64,000 nucleotides of DNA, taken from the IMG/VR virus record IMGVR_UViG_3300045988_140118. One strand, written 5' to 3'. The notes under the pieces were generated by a model. That model was not told the DNA's origin. It made no database searches and saw only the letters and a program-made list of their open reading frames with translations. The translations under genes and the position numbers were made by a program. The DNA comes from a virus. Of the stretch, positions 1 to 10,440 are shown piece after piece. The number at the start of each line of letters is the position of its first letter. Position 1 is the stretch's first letter.

Positions 1-48
1 ACTAAAATTAAGAGACTGGATGACTAATAAGTCCCTAAATTAAATAAG

Positions 49-78
49 AGTCGGGATATAAATGTCCCGACTTTTTTA
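49..78 (+). terminator. rho-independent terminator-like hairpin
   Basis: GTCGGGA (50-56) pairs with TCCCGAC (65-71), followed by a T6 run. Confidence 0.6.
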
Positions 79-107
79 TTATCTAATAACTAATACACAT
101 TAAGATT

Positions 108-380
108 ATGAAAAAAAATGATTTAATTGCAGCTATTGCTGAAAAGGCACAAGTTTCTAGAGTTAAAGTTGCCAATGTCCTGGATGCCCTTCCTTCCGTA
201 CTTTCTGAAAATTTAAGCGGAGACGAACCGATTAGTTTTCCGGGTCTTGGTAAGTTTTCTATTACCCACAAAGAATCCCGTGAAGCTAGAAATCCTGCTA
301 CTGGTAAGAAAGTAACCGTTCCGGCAAAGGATGTTCCTACGTTTAAATTCTCTGCGTCTTTTAAGGACCTGTTTAAATAA
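108..380 (+). CDS. HU/IHF-family histone-like DNA-binding protein
   Basis: 90 aa. N-terminal MKKNDLIAAIAEKA and the arm RNPATGKKVTVPAKDVPTFKFS are typical of HU. Confidence 0.9.
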   Translation: MKKNDLIAAIAEKAQVSRVKVANVLDALPSVLSENLSGDEPISFPGLGKFSITHKESREARNPATGKKVTVPAKDVPTFKFSASFKDLFK

Positions 381-832
381 TGCCAAAGGTTCGGAAGAAA
401 CATAATTCCGTTGCAGAGGATATTGCAAGGGAGGCATTTCGTCTGATCGAAAATAAAAAACAGATCTCAGTTCTTGAAAGCGAAAATAAAAAAATCAAGA
501 GTGTTCTTGATTCGTTTGTTTCCGAAAACGGAACTGAGACTGAAACAGGATCTATTATTTCTACTATTGAATACGCAGATAAAGTAGTAGTCTTAAAGAA
601 AACACTTAGAAATTATGCCTCCTTGATGCCTACTGCTATAGAGGAATTGGAGAAGGCTGGTCTGTCTGACTGTATTGAGGTAACTCCTGTAGTTCGTGAC
701 GATAGAGTTGCCGAATTATACGCTGCCGGAAAGATCAGTAAACGACTGATGAAAAAGATTTATTCTTATAAAGCCACTTATGCTTTTAGTGCTGATATAA
801 AAAATCGCTTTCTGGATGAAGAAGAGGAATAG
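380..832 (+). CDS. hypothetical protein, possible Mu Gam-like DNA-end-binding protein
   Basis: N-terminal coiled coil; the segment AIEELEKAGLSDCIEVTPVVRDDRV resembles the Gam architecture from memory. Weak call. Confidence 0.35.
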   Translation: MPKVRKKHNSVAEDIAREAFRLIENKKQISVLESENKKIKSVLDSFVSENGTETETGSIISTIEYADKVVVLKKTLRNYASLMPTAIEELEKAGLSDCIEVTPVVRDDRVAELYAAGKISKRLMKKIYSYKATYAFSADIKNRFLDEEEE

Positions 833-1145
833 ACCTTATGGTATAAAAAGAAATAAAAAAAGTCGTTTACAAGTAAATGGGGTATTAGTGGAAGCTGTTA
901 CCGTTGCCGGACTTGGTGAAATTATAGGACGCTCTAGAGATACTATATTACGCTATGAAAGGAATGGTACGTTTCCGCCAGCCCCATTAATTTGTAATGG
1001 GTATCGGTACTATCCAGTACCTTTTGCCTACGAGCTTGCAAAACTGGTAAAGAAAATGCCATTGTCAAAAGCTCCTGATGCAAAGACAGTGGTAAGTATT
1101 AATAAACTTTTCAAAGAGGAGAAAGACAAGTATGCCAAAAATTGA
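816..1145 (+). CDS. MerR/excisionase-type HTH DNA-binding protein
   Basis: VAGLGEIIGRSRDTILRYERNGTFPPAP...GYRYY matches the MerR-like HTH pattern. Confidence 0.45.
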   Translation: MKKRNRPYGIKRNKKSRLQVNGVLVEAVTVAGLGEIIGRSRDTILRYERNGTFPPAPLICNGYRYYPVPFAYELAKLVKKMPLSKAPDAKTVVSINKLFKEEKDKYAKN

Positions 1146-1398
1146 AAGTAAAGGTTCTCCGGTATCCGAAGATACTGTTAAACTTTTGAGAACTCAGAAT
1201 TGTACCGTATATTATGAAAAGTCGGTTACTAAAAATATGGGTGACTTTAATAGTGCCAAAATAACAGTAGGTGTTACTCTTCCCATAGATCCCTCTAAAG
1301 AAGAAGTGGTTGCTATCCGGTCTACCCTAAGGGTAGGAGATAATATTGTTACTCGTGAGATAGAAAAACAAGTAGATGAACTTTTAGAATCTGAATAA
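1132..1398 (+). CDS. hypothetical protein
   Basis: Packed co-directional ORF; no motif recognised. Confidence 0.5.
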   Translation: MPKIESKGSPVSEDTVKLLRTQNCTVYYEKSVTKNMGDFNSAKITVGVTLPIDPSKEEVVAIRSTLRVGDNIVTREIEKQVDELLESE

Positions 1399-1399
1399 T

Positions 1400-2173
1400 A
1401 TGAACGTATTGTTACGGCTACGAAAGGATATGGTTATTTCAAGCCTCGTACCGTTCAAATACTTAGTTTATGCCGCACTATTATCAGATGTTACTAGTTA
1501 TTATTGCGAGGAAGATAACATTAAATACGGGATATTCGGCAAGGAGTATGACGATTTATTTGACTACTTAGTAGAATGGACTAGTCTTGATGACAGAAAG
1601 GACGAACTTTTGAAAGCCTTGGATGAACTTATCGAAGAAGATCTTATTTTTCTGGATGACGAACAACGCATTTATTTAGGGGAGTTCCGTGGGAAAAAAT
1701 TCTTTCCCTTCGAGGTTAAAAGTTCTACTTTTGATAAAGCGGTTGAGTTACTGAATGATACGTTAAATACATATAAGTCTTCCAGAGTCGCTAAGATGCG
1801 ATCGAGAGGACGTTACTTGCAGGATCAAATAAATATGCTTCTGGAAACAGGCGTTGATAAATTGACTCCTAAAGACTTTACCGATTTACATGGCTATCTT
1901 TATGAATTGTATACAGGAGGAGAATCTTATATTATCCGGAATAAAGTAGAATACTTTCAAACTAACAATATCCTAAAAGCTTACGACAAATATACAACGT
2001 TTGCCATTTTGGTTGAAGGTACTCTGCATTTTGATAAGTATCGGAGAAAGGGGATGCCTACTCTTACTACAGTAGCCTGTATTAAGGATGACGTTGTAAA
2101 CGGTTTGACTAGAGTCGGTGCCGGAAGTAAAGAATATATGCGTGAAAAACAAGAAGACAATGGAGAGTTCTAA
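1400..2173 (+). CDS. hypothetical protein (possible replication initiator, by position)
   Basis: 257-aa ORF immediately upstream of the helicase-loader and helicase genes; no motif recognised. Confidence 0.5.
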   Translation: MNVLLRLRKDMVISSLVPFKYLVYAALLSDVTSYYCEEDNIKYGIFGKEYDDLFDYLVEWTSLDDRKDELLKALDELIEEDLIFLDDEQRIYLGEFRGKKFFPFEVKSSTFDKAVELLNDTLNTYKSSRVAKMRSRGRYLQDQINMLLETGVDKLTPKDFTDLHGYLYELYTGGESYIIRNKVEYFQTNNILKAYDKYTTFAILVEGTLHFDKYRRKGMPTLTTVACIKDDVVNGLTRVGAGSKEYMREKQEDNGEF

Positions 2174-2789
2174 AGAAAAAAACCACGCTTACTATAGAGC
2201 GTGTGGTATTCGGGAAAATTGGTTTTATAAAACAGTGAAGGAGTTCGAGAATGACCCTGAAGCTAAGAAGATGGTCCAGAGTTACCTTCAACAGTTAAAG
2301 GATATGGTGCGTAAAGGAATAGGGTTGTATCTGTGGGGTGCAAACGGTACTGGAAAATCCCATCTTATGCACTGTACCTTTAAAGCGCTTCTGCATCAAA
2401 GATATACGGTTAAGATTCTTACACTGGATGAATTGGTTGATAAGTTTACAGCTTCTTGGTATAACGAGGAGGTAAAAGCTAACTTTCACCGGATGCTCCT
2501 TACTGTGCAGTTTTTAGGTATTGATGAATTTGGTAAGAATGTAGGTGCTGATGGAGAGCCTAATTATTTACCTGACCTAGTAAAAAGGGTTATCGAGGAA
2601 GTGATTCGGTATCGGGTCCATACAAAAAAACCGATCTGGATTACTTCCAATACAGAGCCTAAGAATGTTGCTTCTGTATTTAGTGAAGACGTTGCTTCAT
2701 TACTCAGTGAAGCTTGTGTCCCAGTAAAGGTCTGTGGATGTGATTACCGTAAAATTATTCAGAAACGAAATAAGCTTCTTTTGAAATGA
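2160..2789 (+). CDS. DnaC/IstB-like AAA+ helicase loader
   Basis: Walker A GANGTGKSH and Walker B LGIDEFG. An alternative upstream ATG lies at 2118. Confidence 0.8.
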   Translation: MESSKEKNHAYYRACGIRENWFYKTVKEFENDPEAKKMVQSYLQQLKDMVRKGIGLYLWGANGTGKSHLMHCTFKALLHQRYTVKILTLDELVDKFTASWYNEEVKANFHRMLLTVQFLGIDEFGKNVGADGEPNYLPDLVKRVIEEVIRYRVHTKKPIWITSNTEPKNVASVFSEDVASLLSEACVPVKVCGCDYRKIIQKRNKLLLK

Positions 2790-4066
2790 CTACCGCAGAA
2801 CAACTTTTTATAGCGTGCTTGAAATACACCGATCAGAAAACGTTTTCCATGATCCAAAAAGATTGGTTGGAAGGAGAAGAATTACGCCAGTACAGATGTA
2901 TCGTTTCTTATTATCGGGAACATGGTGAACTGTTAGGACTACATACTTTCTGTACCAAATTTAAATTGGACTCTTCTGACGTGGACTCAAAACCTTCTTT
3001 TTATTTGAACGCTTTAAAGGAGCGTTTCATTATTACGGAACTTTCTGATAAGGTTCCTAAAATACTGAGAGGGTTGAAAAGTGATCCCAGACCTAAACTA
3101 ACGGAACTGCAATCTTTAGTAGCTGCCCTAGCCTCCGATTCCAGTGAGGTTAGGGATGTTCTGTACTCTGACGATACCGAACAAAGAAAGCTTGACTATG
3201 AAGAAAGGATGCGTTGTAATGGTGTTACCTATTTAAGTATGGGTAATAATGACCTTGATAAAACATTCTACGGCTATCGTAAACAGGACCTTATTACGAT
3301 TGGTGGTAGAGCCGGTCAAGGTAAAACATGGCTTCTTATCTATTTGGTGTATCTTCTTGAATGTGCATTGGAGGAACGTTCTGATGCTACCGGAGAGACG
3401 TTCAATGATATTTTATTTATCACGAATGAAATGGGTTCTGAGGAAATAAAGGAACGTCTTGACTGTATCCGTTTCCGGCTGCCTTATGAATCCTTTTTGA
3501 AAGGCTCTCTAACAAAAAGAGAACGTGCCCGATATTATAAAGGTCTTTCCGAATTAAAAGAGAAGCCCTCTCGTATACGTCTAGCCTACAGTTGCCAGAC
3601 ATTAGACGAACTGACTACTTTAGTCGGTATCTATCAGCCTTGCGCTGTCTTTGTGGACGGTTCTTATATGATGGAGCCTAGGATGCAGGAAGGTTGGGAA
3701 AAAATAACCTTTATTACCAGAGGACTGAAACGACTGGCTAAAAATACATTGACCCCCATAGTTAATACCACCCAGTTAAAAAAGGGAACTGGTAAAGGGG
3801 TTTCTAAAATGGCTCTTGACGGACAAGATGATTTTGCGTATTCTTCGTCTTATACGCAGGACTCCGATATTGCTTTCCGGTTGTTTCAAGATGCTGATAT
3901 GAAATTTCACTCAGAAATTGGAGCTGAAGTAGTAAAGGGACGACGTGTAGTTACAGGAACTACTATCGTGTTTAAAAATGATCTCGACTTAATGGATTTA
4001 TCACTTACTTTACCTATAGATGACGATGAAGCAGACAGAGCACCAAAAGTTACTGATGACTACTAA
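2786..4066 (+). CDS. DnaB-like replicative DNA helicase
   Basis: Walker A GGRAGQGKTW, Walker B-like VFVDGSYMM, and TTQLKKG; 426 aa. Confidence 0.85.
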   Translation: MTTAEQLFIACLKYTDQKTFSMIQKDWLEGEELRQYRCIVSYYREHGELLGLHTFCTKFKLDSSDVDSKPSFYLNALKERFIITELSDKVPKILRGLKSDPRPKLTELQSLVAALASDSSEVRDVLYSDDTEQRKLDYEERMRCNGVTYLSMGNNDLDKTFYGYRKQDLITIGGRAGQGKTWLLIYLVYLLECALEERSDATGETFNDILFITNEMGSEEIKERLDCIRFRLPYESFLKGSLTKRERARYYKGLSELKEKPSRIRLAYSCQTLDELTTLVGIYQPCAVFVDGSYMMEPRMQEGWEKITFITRGLKRLAKNTLTPIVNTTQLKKGTGKGVSKMALDGQDDFAYSSSYTQDSDIAFRLFQDADMKFHSEIGAEVVKGRRVVTGTTIVFKNDLDLMDLSLTLPIDDDEADRAPKVTDDY

Positions 4067-4070
4067 TTTT

Positions 4071-4394
4071 ATGCGGGTTCATAGATATGGTATGGTACGT
4101 CTCAGAACCGGAAGGATAATTGCCGTTCCTATTTGTGCAATTTTTCGATGGGACAAATACTACTTTATGATACACCTAAATGGAGATGTCACCGAATGTT
4201 CTACTGGAGCAAAAGCTATTCAAACTTTTAAAACCGATCCTGAAAAAGCATTGGTAGAAGCAGTAACTTATTTCGAACATAAGAAATACTATTTCTCCAC
4301 GTCTGTAGGAAATATCCTAGTTAAGTATCAGGAGAACCTTTTATCTTATAATTGTGCTTTAATTGACCCTTGTTTATTTATTACTTATGGATGA
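4071..4394 (+). CDS. hypothetical protein
   Basis: First ATG after the helicase stop; packed ORF. Confidence 0.5.
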   Translation: MRVHRYGMVRLRTGRIIAVPICAIFRWDKYYFMIHLNGDVTECSTGAKAIQTFKTDPEKALVEAVTYFEHKKYYFSTSVGNILVKYQENLLSYNCALIDPCLFITYG

Positions 4395-4809
4395 TATAGA
4401 GATTATTTTCGAAGAGGGAACTACAAAAAATATTTTTATAAAGAATCCCTATGAAGGTCAACCGGAGTATGCAAGGTTTGCGTATGCCGAATATCGGATG
4501 GTTGACTATAGTGCCTACTTTTACTTAGAAGGGTTTAAGTTTTATTTTGTTGAATCTAGAGATTCTGTAAACAAAGATCCTTGCTTGTTAGAAGCCTCTA
4601 CGGGAGCGTTGGTAACTTCGAAACTTTTTGTAACGACAGACTACCCCCCTAGTAGATTTCCGGTACTTCCGGATGCCCAGATTAAAGTTCTTGCGCAAAG
4701 TCTGAAAGATAAAATAAGACGGTCCGGAAGACCTCTGGGTGTTACTGTGAACAATTTTAAAGAACGTACCTCAATAGAACTAGAACCATGGTTAAACGTA
4801 TTATTGTAA
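4387..4809 (+). CDS. hypothetical protein
   Basis: Packed ORF; ATG overlaps the upstream stop. Confidence 0.5.
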   Translation: MDDIEIIFEEGTTKNIFIKNPYEGQPEYARFAYAEYRMVDYSAYFYLEGFKFYFVESRDSVNKDPCLLEASTGALVTSKLFVTTDYPPSRFPVLPDAQIKVLAQSLKDKIRRSGRPLGVTVNNFKERTSIELEPWLNVLL

Positions 4810-5189
4810 TAAGCTTATTAGTTATCGTTATTTTAACAATTTGTTATTTCGTGTTTGTCGATCCCTTCGTAAATAGTGGGAATTACGCAGAAATTCGCTT
4901 TTATGCACGCTTATTTTTGCTTTTGGTGGTTGTTAGTACCTTTGGTATTTTACGCTCGTATAACGCTACAGTGAACAATACTAGGTTTTTAATTAAACTA
5001 CATAAGCTTTTGGGAGGTGTTTTGATAGAACTTCCTAAAACAAACAAAGCTATTACCGATACAAAAGTTTCTTCTAAAGCTTTGCGTGAAGGTATTCTTA
5101 AAAACATAGAGTCTCTTCGTGAATTGGCGGGAGAGAACGAACAACTTAGAAAGTCGCTTGACTCTTTTAAAAATAAGTTAGATGCCTAA
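4788..5189 (+). CDS. membrane protein with C-terminal coiled coil
   Basis: Two hydrophobic helices (IIVISLLVIVILTICYFVFV and LFLLLVVVSTFGIL). Confidence 0.5.
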   Translation: MVKRIIVISLLVIVILTICYFVFVDPFVNSGNYAEIRFYARLFLLLVVVSTFGILRSYNATVNNTRFLIKLHKLLGGVLIELPKTNKAITDTKVSSKALREGILKNIESLRELAGENEQLRKSLDSFKNKLDA

Positions 5190-6117
5190 AGAATTATCCC
5201 TTTTAGATATTTTTTCCGAATACCGTCCTAGAAAAATGTCAAACGGACAAATTCGTATGATGTGCCCGTTTACAGAGAATCATACGGACGGTTCCGGAAA
5301 AATGTCTTTTTTCGCTACTCCTGAGAAAAACGCTTACCATTGTTTCAGTTGCGAGGCTAAAGGGACATTGACCAGATTATTAACCAAACATTTTGGCGTT
5401 CCTTTGTTTGAAGCTCTTGATTTGGTAAACCCTTTGTTTGAAAAGGATACTGAAAAAGACAAAAAATCGTTTGACTTGGATATATCGTGGAACTTGACTC
5501 CTCCTTCAGAGTTCACTTCCAGAGGTTATTCAAAGGATACCCTGAAATATTTTCGGGTGGGTATGACTGAAGATGACCGTATTGTGATTCCGTACTATAA
5601 AGATTTTAAGTGTCCCTTAGATCTAGTAGGTTATCAGATACGTGATTATCGGAAAGGTAGGACTGTGAGGAATAATGAAAATTTCGAGAAAACATCTTAT
5701 CTGTATAACTTAGATTTTTCCTACGATTATACAATATTAGTTGAAGGACAGTCTGACTGTTGGAGGTTATTTCAACATGGTTACAATGCTACCGGATTAA
5801 TGGGTAACTCCATCTCTGACTGGCAAAAGGAACAACTCTGCAAGTTTAAGACAGTTTACCTTGCCCTTGATAATGATGAACCAGGAAGAATAGGAATCGA
5901 GCGCTGTTATGCAACATTGAAAAATGATACGGAGATCTTATTGATTCCTTATAATACAAAAGATCCGGGTGACTGCATTTCTCCGAGGATATGGAGTAAA
6001 CATTTTCACGCAGCAACCGATTACCTGACTTATTCTTTAGAGATGTCCCTTAATTGGGATGGTTATGTAGATATGCGTGATAAAGTGTTAAGAAGCATAC
6101 GATCAAATGATAAATAA
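5182..6117 (+). CDS. DNA primase (CHC2 zinc finger + TOPRIM)
   Basis: CPFTENH...YHCFSCEAKG zinc finger; TOPRIM motifs LVEGQSDCW and LALDNDEPG. Confidence 0.85.
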   Translation: MPKELSLLDIFSEYRPRKMSNGQIRMMCPFTENHTDGSGKMSFFATPEKNAYHCFSCEAKGTLTRLLTKHFGVPLFEALDLVNPLFEKDTEKDKKSFDLDISWNLTPPSEFTSRGYSKDTLKYFRVGMTEDDRIVIPYYKDFKCPLDLVGYQIRDYRKGRTVRNNENFEKTSYLYNLDFSYDYTILVEGQSDCWRLFQHGYNATGLMGNSISDWQKEQLCKFKTVYLALDNDEPGRIGIERCYATLKNDTEILLIPYNTKDPGDCISPRIWSKHFHAATDYLTYSLEMSLNWDGYVDMRDKVLRSIRSNDK

Positions 6118-6125
6118 CAATAGCT

Positions 6126-6383
6126 ATGAATAGATGTTATGAACGTAAATTTGCCCTAAAAAATTTGGGAAAGAGAGTTATGCTTATAAAAAATGGTAGG
6201 CTAGTATCGGGTATGGTAGTTGGATATTATGCTTCGAAAAAAGATACCGGTATACTAGTTTCGTTTACAAATCGGTCAGGATGGACCAGCGATTTTCAAG
6301 ATCCCGGTTATAAGGTTTTGGTACATTCACCGTTGAACGTTTCTTTTTGGCGTACATGTACTAGCCAATGCGCATGCTATTGA
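6126..6383 (+). CDS. hypothetical protein
   Basis: Packed co-directional ORF. Confidence 0.45.
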   Translation: MNRCYERKFALKNLGKRVMLIKNGRLVSGMVVGYYASKKDTGILVSFTNRSGWTSDFQDPGYKVLVHSPLNVSFWRTCTSQCACY

Positions 6384-6500
6384 ACATGCGGAGAAAATAA
6401 CCGTTTTGGAACATTTCAAATAAAACGTTATATTTACAACGTATTTTTAAAACACATAGTGTTAAACCGGACAATGCAATGTCCATAAAATTTAAAGATT

Positions 6501-7178
6501 ATGCCTTATACAGAAAGTACCAGACGTAGAAGACGCTCTGAAGAGGATGACGCACCTAGAAGAAAATCGTCAGCAAAACCCCAAGGATGGGGAGCAGTTG
6601 CTCGTAGACAAGCTGAAATAGCAGAACGTGAGGAAGAAATTCGTAACATTCCTAGAGATTTTTTCTTGAAAGATGGAGAATCTGCGATCATCCAATTTTT
6701 GCAAGATGAACCTTACTGTTATGACGCTCACAGCGTGAAAGACAAACGAGGTAATTTCCAGTATGTACCTTGCCAGTTGAACACCGGAAAACATTGCTTG
6801 ATGTGTCAAGACGGTATCAAACTTACTTGGAGAGCCGCTTTTAAACTTATCGACTATCGAGGTAGTTGGGATAAGGCTAAAGGTAAATTCAAGTACGATA
6901 CTCCACAGGAAAAAATTTGGAAAGTAGGTACTACTATTGCCCAACAGCTAAAATCTATTTGTGACAAACGTGGAAAGCAACTTTCCGAGATGGTTTTTGA
7001 AGTTTCTCGTTCCGGAGCAAATAAAGATGCTACTTACAATTTCGAACAAGCTTTGGATGATGACGATGTACGTATGAAACCGAAGCGGTGGATCGAAAAA
7101 ATGGCTACTGCCGAAGAACTTTGTCAACCTCCTACAGTTGAGGATATTGATAAAGCCGGTTATTCTTCTGTAGAGTAA
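6501..7178 (+). CDS. putative ssDNA-binding protein (gp32-like, zinc motif)
   Basis: Basic N-terminus, C-x8-HCxxC motif, acidic tail DDDDV, and position between primase and polymerase. Confidence 0.4.
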   Translation: MPYTESTRRRRRSEEDDAPRRKSSAKPQGWGAVARRQAEIAEREEEIRNIPRDFFLKDGESAIIQFLQDEPYCYDAHSVKDKRGNFQYVPCQLNTGKHCLMCQDGIKLTWRAAFKLIDYRGSWDKAKGKFKYDTPQEKIWKVGTTIAQQLKSICDKRGKQLSEMVFEVSRSGANKDATYNFEQALDDDDVRMKPKRWIEKMATAEELCQPPTVEDIDKAGYSSVE

Positions 7179-7267
7179 CAGTTGTGATTGCTTTTATTTT
7201 GTTTAGTTAGAACTATAAGGTGTCGTGAGACAGAAATGTTTCCGATACCTTATTTTATCTCAGAACC

Positions 7268-9127
7268 ATGAAGAAATTAGATGTGTACGGAGGATATGTA
7301 GGACTCCTTGAAAATATCAAAGAACTTAGAGATTATTTACGTTCGATTGATGAAGGGGAAATACTTGTAAATGACTGGGAAACTACCGGATTGGGATATA
7401 ACGCCACGCCTCTTGGATTATCGTTATGTGCCAGAGATAAACCTCCTGTTTTTGCACCCACAGATTTTTATTTCTCTAAGGGAATACCTATGGAAGAAAT
7501 TGCTTCTGTCTGTAATGAAGAGTATCCTAAATTTAAATTAGTGGCCCATAATGCGAAATATGATAGCATGATTAATAAGATGAATGGTATCGAGGATGCC
7601 AATTGTAACTGGTATGCGGATACTTTAATCATGATTCATTTGGTAGATCCTAATATGGATATGAACCTTGAAAAAAGAGTTGCTCTCGATTTTGGGTATG
7701 AAAAACAGAAGTTTGAAAAACTTTGTGGTAAACGGTGGAACCGGATTAATTGGGCTACTGATGGGGACGATCTGTTACCTATTCTTGCTGCCTATGCTGG
7801 GGAGGATACTTATTGGGAACTTAAAATGTACGAGAAGTATCGTCCTAAAATGACTCCTAGATTATGGAAAATGCACTGTTCGATGGAGATGCCCTTAGTA
7901 AAAATTTTGCGGGACGCTAAAATTAGGGGCGTTTTGATTGATGTTCCCTTATTGAAAGATATGGGAGTCGAAGTAGATAAACGTTTATCTCAGTATATCC
8001 AAGAAATATATGATGAATGTGGCTGCGTCTTTAATATTAATTCTACTCCACAGAAACAACGTGTATTTTTTGATAAGATGAAACTTCCGGTTATTTCTAC
8101 CACAAAAAGCGGAGGTTACAGTACGGATGCAAAAACCGCCAGTGCTTGGGCAGATGCCGGGTATAAAATAGGTGAACTTCTTGTGAAGTATTCAGAACTC
8201 CAAAAATTAAATTCGGGGTATATTAGGTCTATCCCTAACCTAGTGGATGAACATAATGTACTTCGTGGAGACTTGAATAGCTGTGGTACGGTAACAAGCA
8301 GGTTTAGTAGTTCTAATCCTAACTTGCAGAATCAGCCGAATAATCATGATTTTCCCATACGACAAGCATTTATCCCAAGACCCGGATATTGCTTTCTGAA
8401 TTACGACTATTCTCAATTGGAACTTCGTGTGATGGCTCACATGGCTCCTGACCCGGTATTTAAGAAGATCTTTTTATCCGGTGGTGATCCACATGCGGAA
8501 ACTGCAAAACTATTAAATACAACCAGAAAAAATGCGAAGACTTGTAACTTCGGAGTTCTTTATGGTTTAGGTATTCCTAATTTTGCAAAACGCTTTAAAA
8601 CAACCAATGCAGAAGCCCAAAAAATCATAGACCGTTACCATGATACATATTATGGATATGCTAAATGGAAAGTTCGTACCGAGGAATACGTACAAAAGAA
8701 CGGTTATGTAGAAACTTTATTCGGTTTTCGCAGACTTCTTCCTGAAGCAATGAAAAGTCCTTTTAAGAGAACCGCTTACTCGTTTTATGAAGCTTTACGA
8801 CAAGCATGTAATACGGTTATTCAGGGTACTGGTGCGGGAATCGTAAAACTTGCTACTATAGCCGCAGTTAAAAAAATGCAGGAAGCCGGATTAGACTGCC
8901 ATTTCTTATTGCAAGTTCATGATGAACTTCTTTTTGAGGTACGTATTGATCAGGCTCTTGAAGCGGAACGTATTTTGATTGATGCGATGGAGAATACAAC
9001 GAAACTGGATGTACCTTTAACAGTAGACGGTAAGATTCTTGCTAACTGGGGAGAGATGAAAGATGACGATATACCGAGCTTACCTTATAGGTTTGACTAT
9101 TCATTATACGCACCTTTATTAAGTTAG
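7268..9127 (+). CDS. family A DNA polymerase with 3'-5' exonuclease domain
   Basis: Exonuclease motifs DWETTGL and HNAKYD; polymerase motifs DYSQLELRVMAH, RKNAKTCNFGVLYG and QVHDELLFE. Confidence 0.95.
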   Translation: MKKLDVYGGYVGLLENIKELRDYLRSIDEGEILVNDWETTGLGYNATPLGLSLCARDKPPVFAPTDFYFSKGIPMEEIASVCNEEYPKFKLVAHNAKYDSMINKMNGIEDANCNWYADTLIMIHLVDPNMDMNLEKRVALDFGYEKQKFEKLCGKRWNRINWATDGDDLLPILAAYAGEDTYWELKMYEKYRPKMTPRLWKMHCSMEMPLVKILRDAKIRGVLIDVPLLKDMGVEVDKRLSQYIQEIYDECGCVFNINSTPQKQRVFFDKMKLPVISTTKSGGYSTDAKTASAWADAGYKIGELLVKYSELQKLNSGYIRSIPNLVDEHNVLRGDLNSCGTVTSRFSSSNPNLQNQPNNHDFPIRQAFIPRPGYCFLNYDYSQLELRVMAHMAPDPVFKKIFLSGGDPHAETAKLLNTTRKNAKTCNFGVLYGLGIPNFAKRFKTTNAEAQKIIDRYHDTYYGYAKWKVRTEEYVQKNGYVETLFGFRRLLPEAMKSPFKRTAYSFYEALRQACNTVIQGTGAGIVKLATIAAVKKMQEAGLDCHFLLQVHDELLFEVRIDQALEAERILIDAMENTTKLDVPLTVDGKILANWGEMKDDDIPSLPYRFDYSLYAPLLS

Positions 9128-9133
9128 ATAATC

Positions 9134-9247
9134 ATGCTAAAACTGGAACTTTTTTGTCTTGCTGCCGGAGTTATCGTAGGATTTTTAGGAGGGTTATATT
9201 ATGCCTCCCATACAGATGACGATGACCAAGACTCTAAACACTATTAA
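9134..9247 (+). CDS. small membrane peptide (37 aa)
   Basis: MLKLELFCLAAGVIVGFLGGLYYA transmembrane segment with an acidic tail; fills the pol-recA gap. Confidence 0.3.
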   Translation: MLKLELFCLAAGVIVGFLGGLYYASHTDDDDQDSKHY

Positions 9248-9252
9248 AAACA

Positions 9253-10422
9253 ATGGCTAAGAAAGATAGTTTATCACCTTTGAATGAAGCCCTAGAAAAA
9301 TTTAATAAAACTATGGGCGATGGAATTATACATACTGCCTCTGTATTACCTCCTTGTAGAAAGGTACTTTCTACTATTCCGGCTTACAACTATGTAAGTG
9401 ATGGAGGTTATCCGGTAGGTAGAGTTATTGAACATCTTGGAGAAAATGGTTCGTTGAAGAGTTATTGCGCTTATGATGCAATAGCTCAATTTCAGCATTA
9501 TGATTGGGGAAACCATGAACAAAATGCCTTTACTAGTTTTGAATATACCGGAAGCGGTGCTACTAGAGAACTGAAGAAGTACACCCTTCGTAGAGGATAT
9601 AAACCTAAGAATGACCCTATAGTAAAAAGGGTTGCTTTGGTTGATATTGAAGCTACCTACACCCCTGACTGGGGAGAAAATTTTGGCATTGATAACGAGG
9701 GACTTATTTTGATTCGTCCTATGTTATTGTCTCAGTGTGTAGATATTGTTCAGATGCTTCTTGCTGATGAAAGCATTTCCCTTGTGGTTATTGACAGCTT
9801 ATCGGCCATTGGTACGGATGATGAAGTTGATAAGTCTATGGAAGATAATCAAATGGCATCCGGTGCTAAATTCTGGAATAAAGCATTTCGAAAATTACAG
9901 GCTGCTATGTTGGCTAATCCTACTGCGGAATCCTCTTTACTGGTTATCAATTCAGCTTATCAAAAAGTAGGCATTGTTTACGGAGACCCTGAAAATATTA
10001 GGAACGGTGAACAATTAAAACGGACCAAATCTCTTTCCATTAAGTTTAAGGCTCTTAAAGAGATCTCTTCTAAATTAGAAGGGGGAGATGCGGTTGTTGG
10101 TAAGAACATTACTATAAAATGCGTGAAGAGTAAAGTAGGTCGTCCTAGTAGAGATGCTACTTTCTTTTATTCTTATATAGATCATGGATACAATAAAGCT
10201 TGCTCTACCGATGTTGCCGGACAGTTGGTAGATCTTGGTATCCGGTTTAACCTGATAAAAAGGGCTGGTGCCTGGATTTCTTACAAGGATATGAAAGTAC
10301 AAGGCATTGATGCCTTTTCAGAAGAACTTGTCGTACAGAAGCGGTTAAAAGAACTCGAAAAGGAAGTTTATGCTGCCATGTCAAATCCTAAAGATTGTGA
10401 TGAAGATGATTCAGAAGACTAA
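9253..10422 (+). CDS. RecA-like recombinase with non-canonical P-loop
   Basis: GRVIEHLGENGSLKS in place of GPESSGKTT; Walker B LVVIDSLSAI; FWNKAFRKLQ resembles the RecA L1 region. Confidence 0.75.
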   Translation: MAKKDSLSPLNEALEKFNKTMGDGIIHTASVLPPCRKVLSTIPAYNYVSDGGYPVGRVIEHLGENGSLKSYCAYDAIAQFQHYDWGNHEQNAFTSFEYTGSGATRELKKYTLRRGYKPKNDPIVKRVALVDIEATYTPDWGENFGIDNEGLILIRPMLLSQCVDIVQMLLADESISLVVIDSLSAIGTDDEVDKSMEDNQMASGAKFWNKAFRKLQAAMLANPTAESSLLVINSAYQKVGIVYGDPENIRNGEQLKRTKSLSIKFKALKEISSKLEGGDAVVGKNITIKCVKSKVGRPSRDATFFYSYIDHGYNKACSTDVAGQLVDLGIRFNLIKRAGAWISYKDMKVQGIDAFSEELVVQKRLKELEKEVYAAMSNPKDCDEDDSED

Positions 10423-10440
10423 TTTTAAAAATATGTAATT

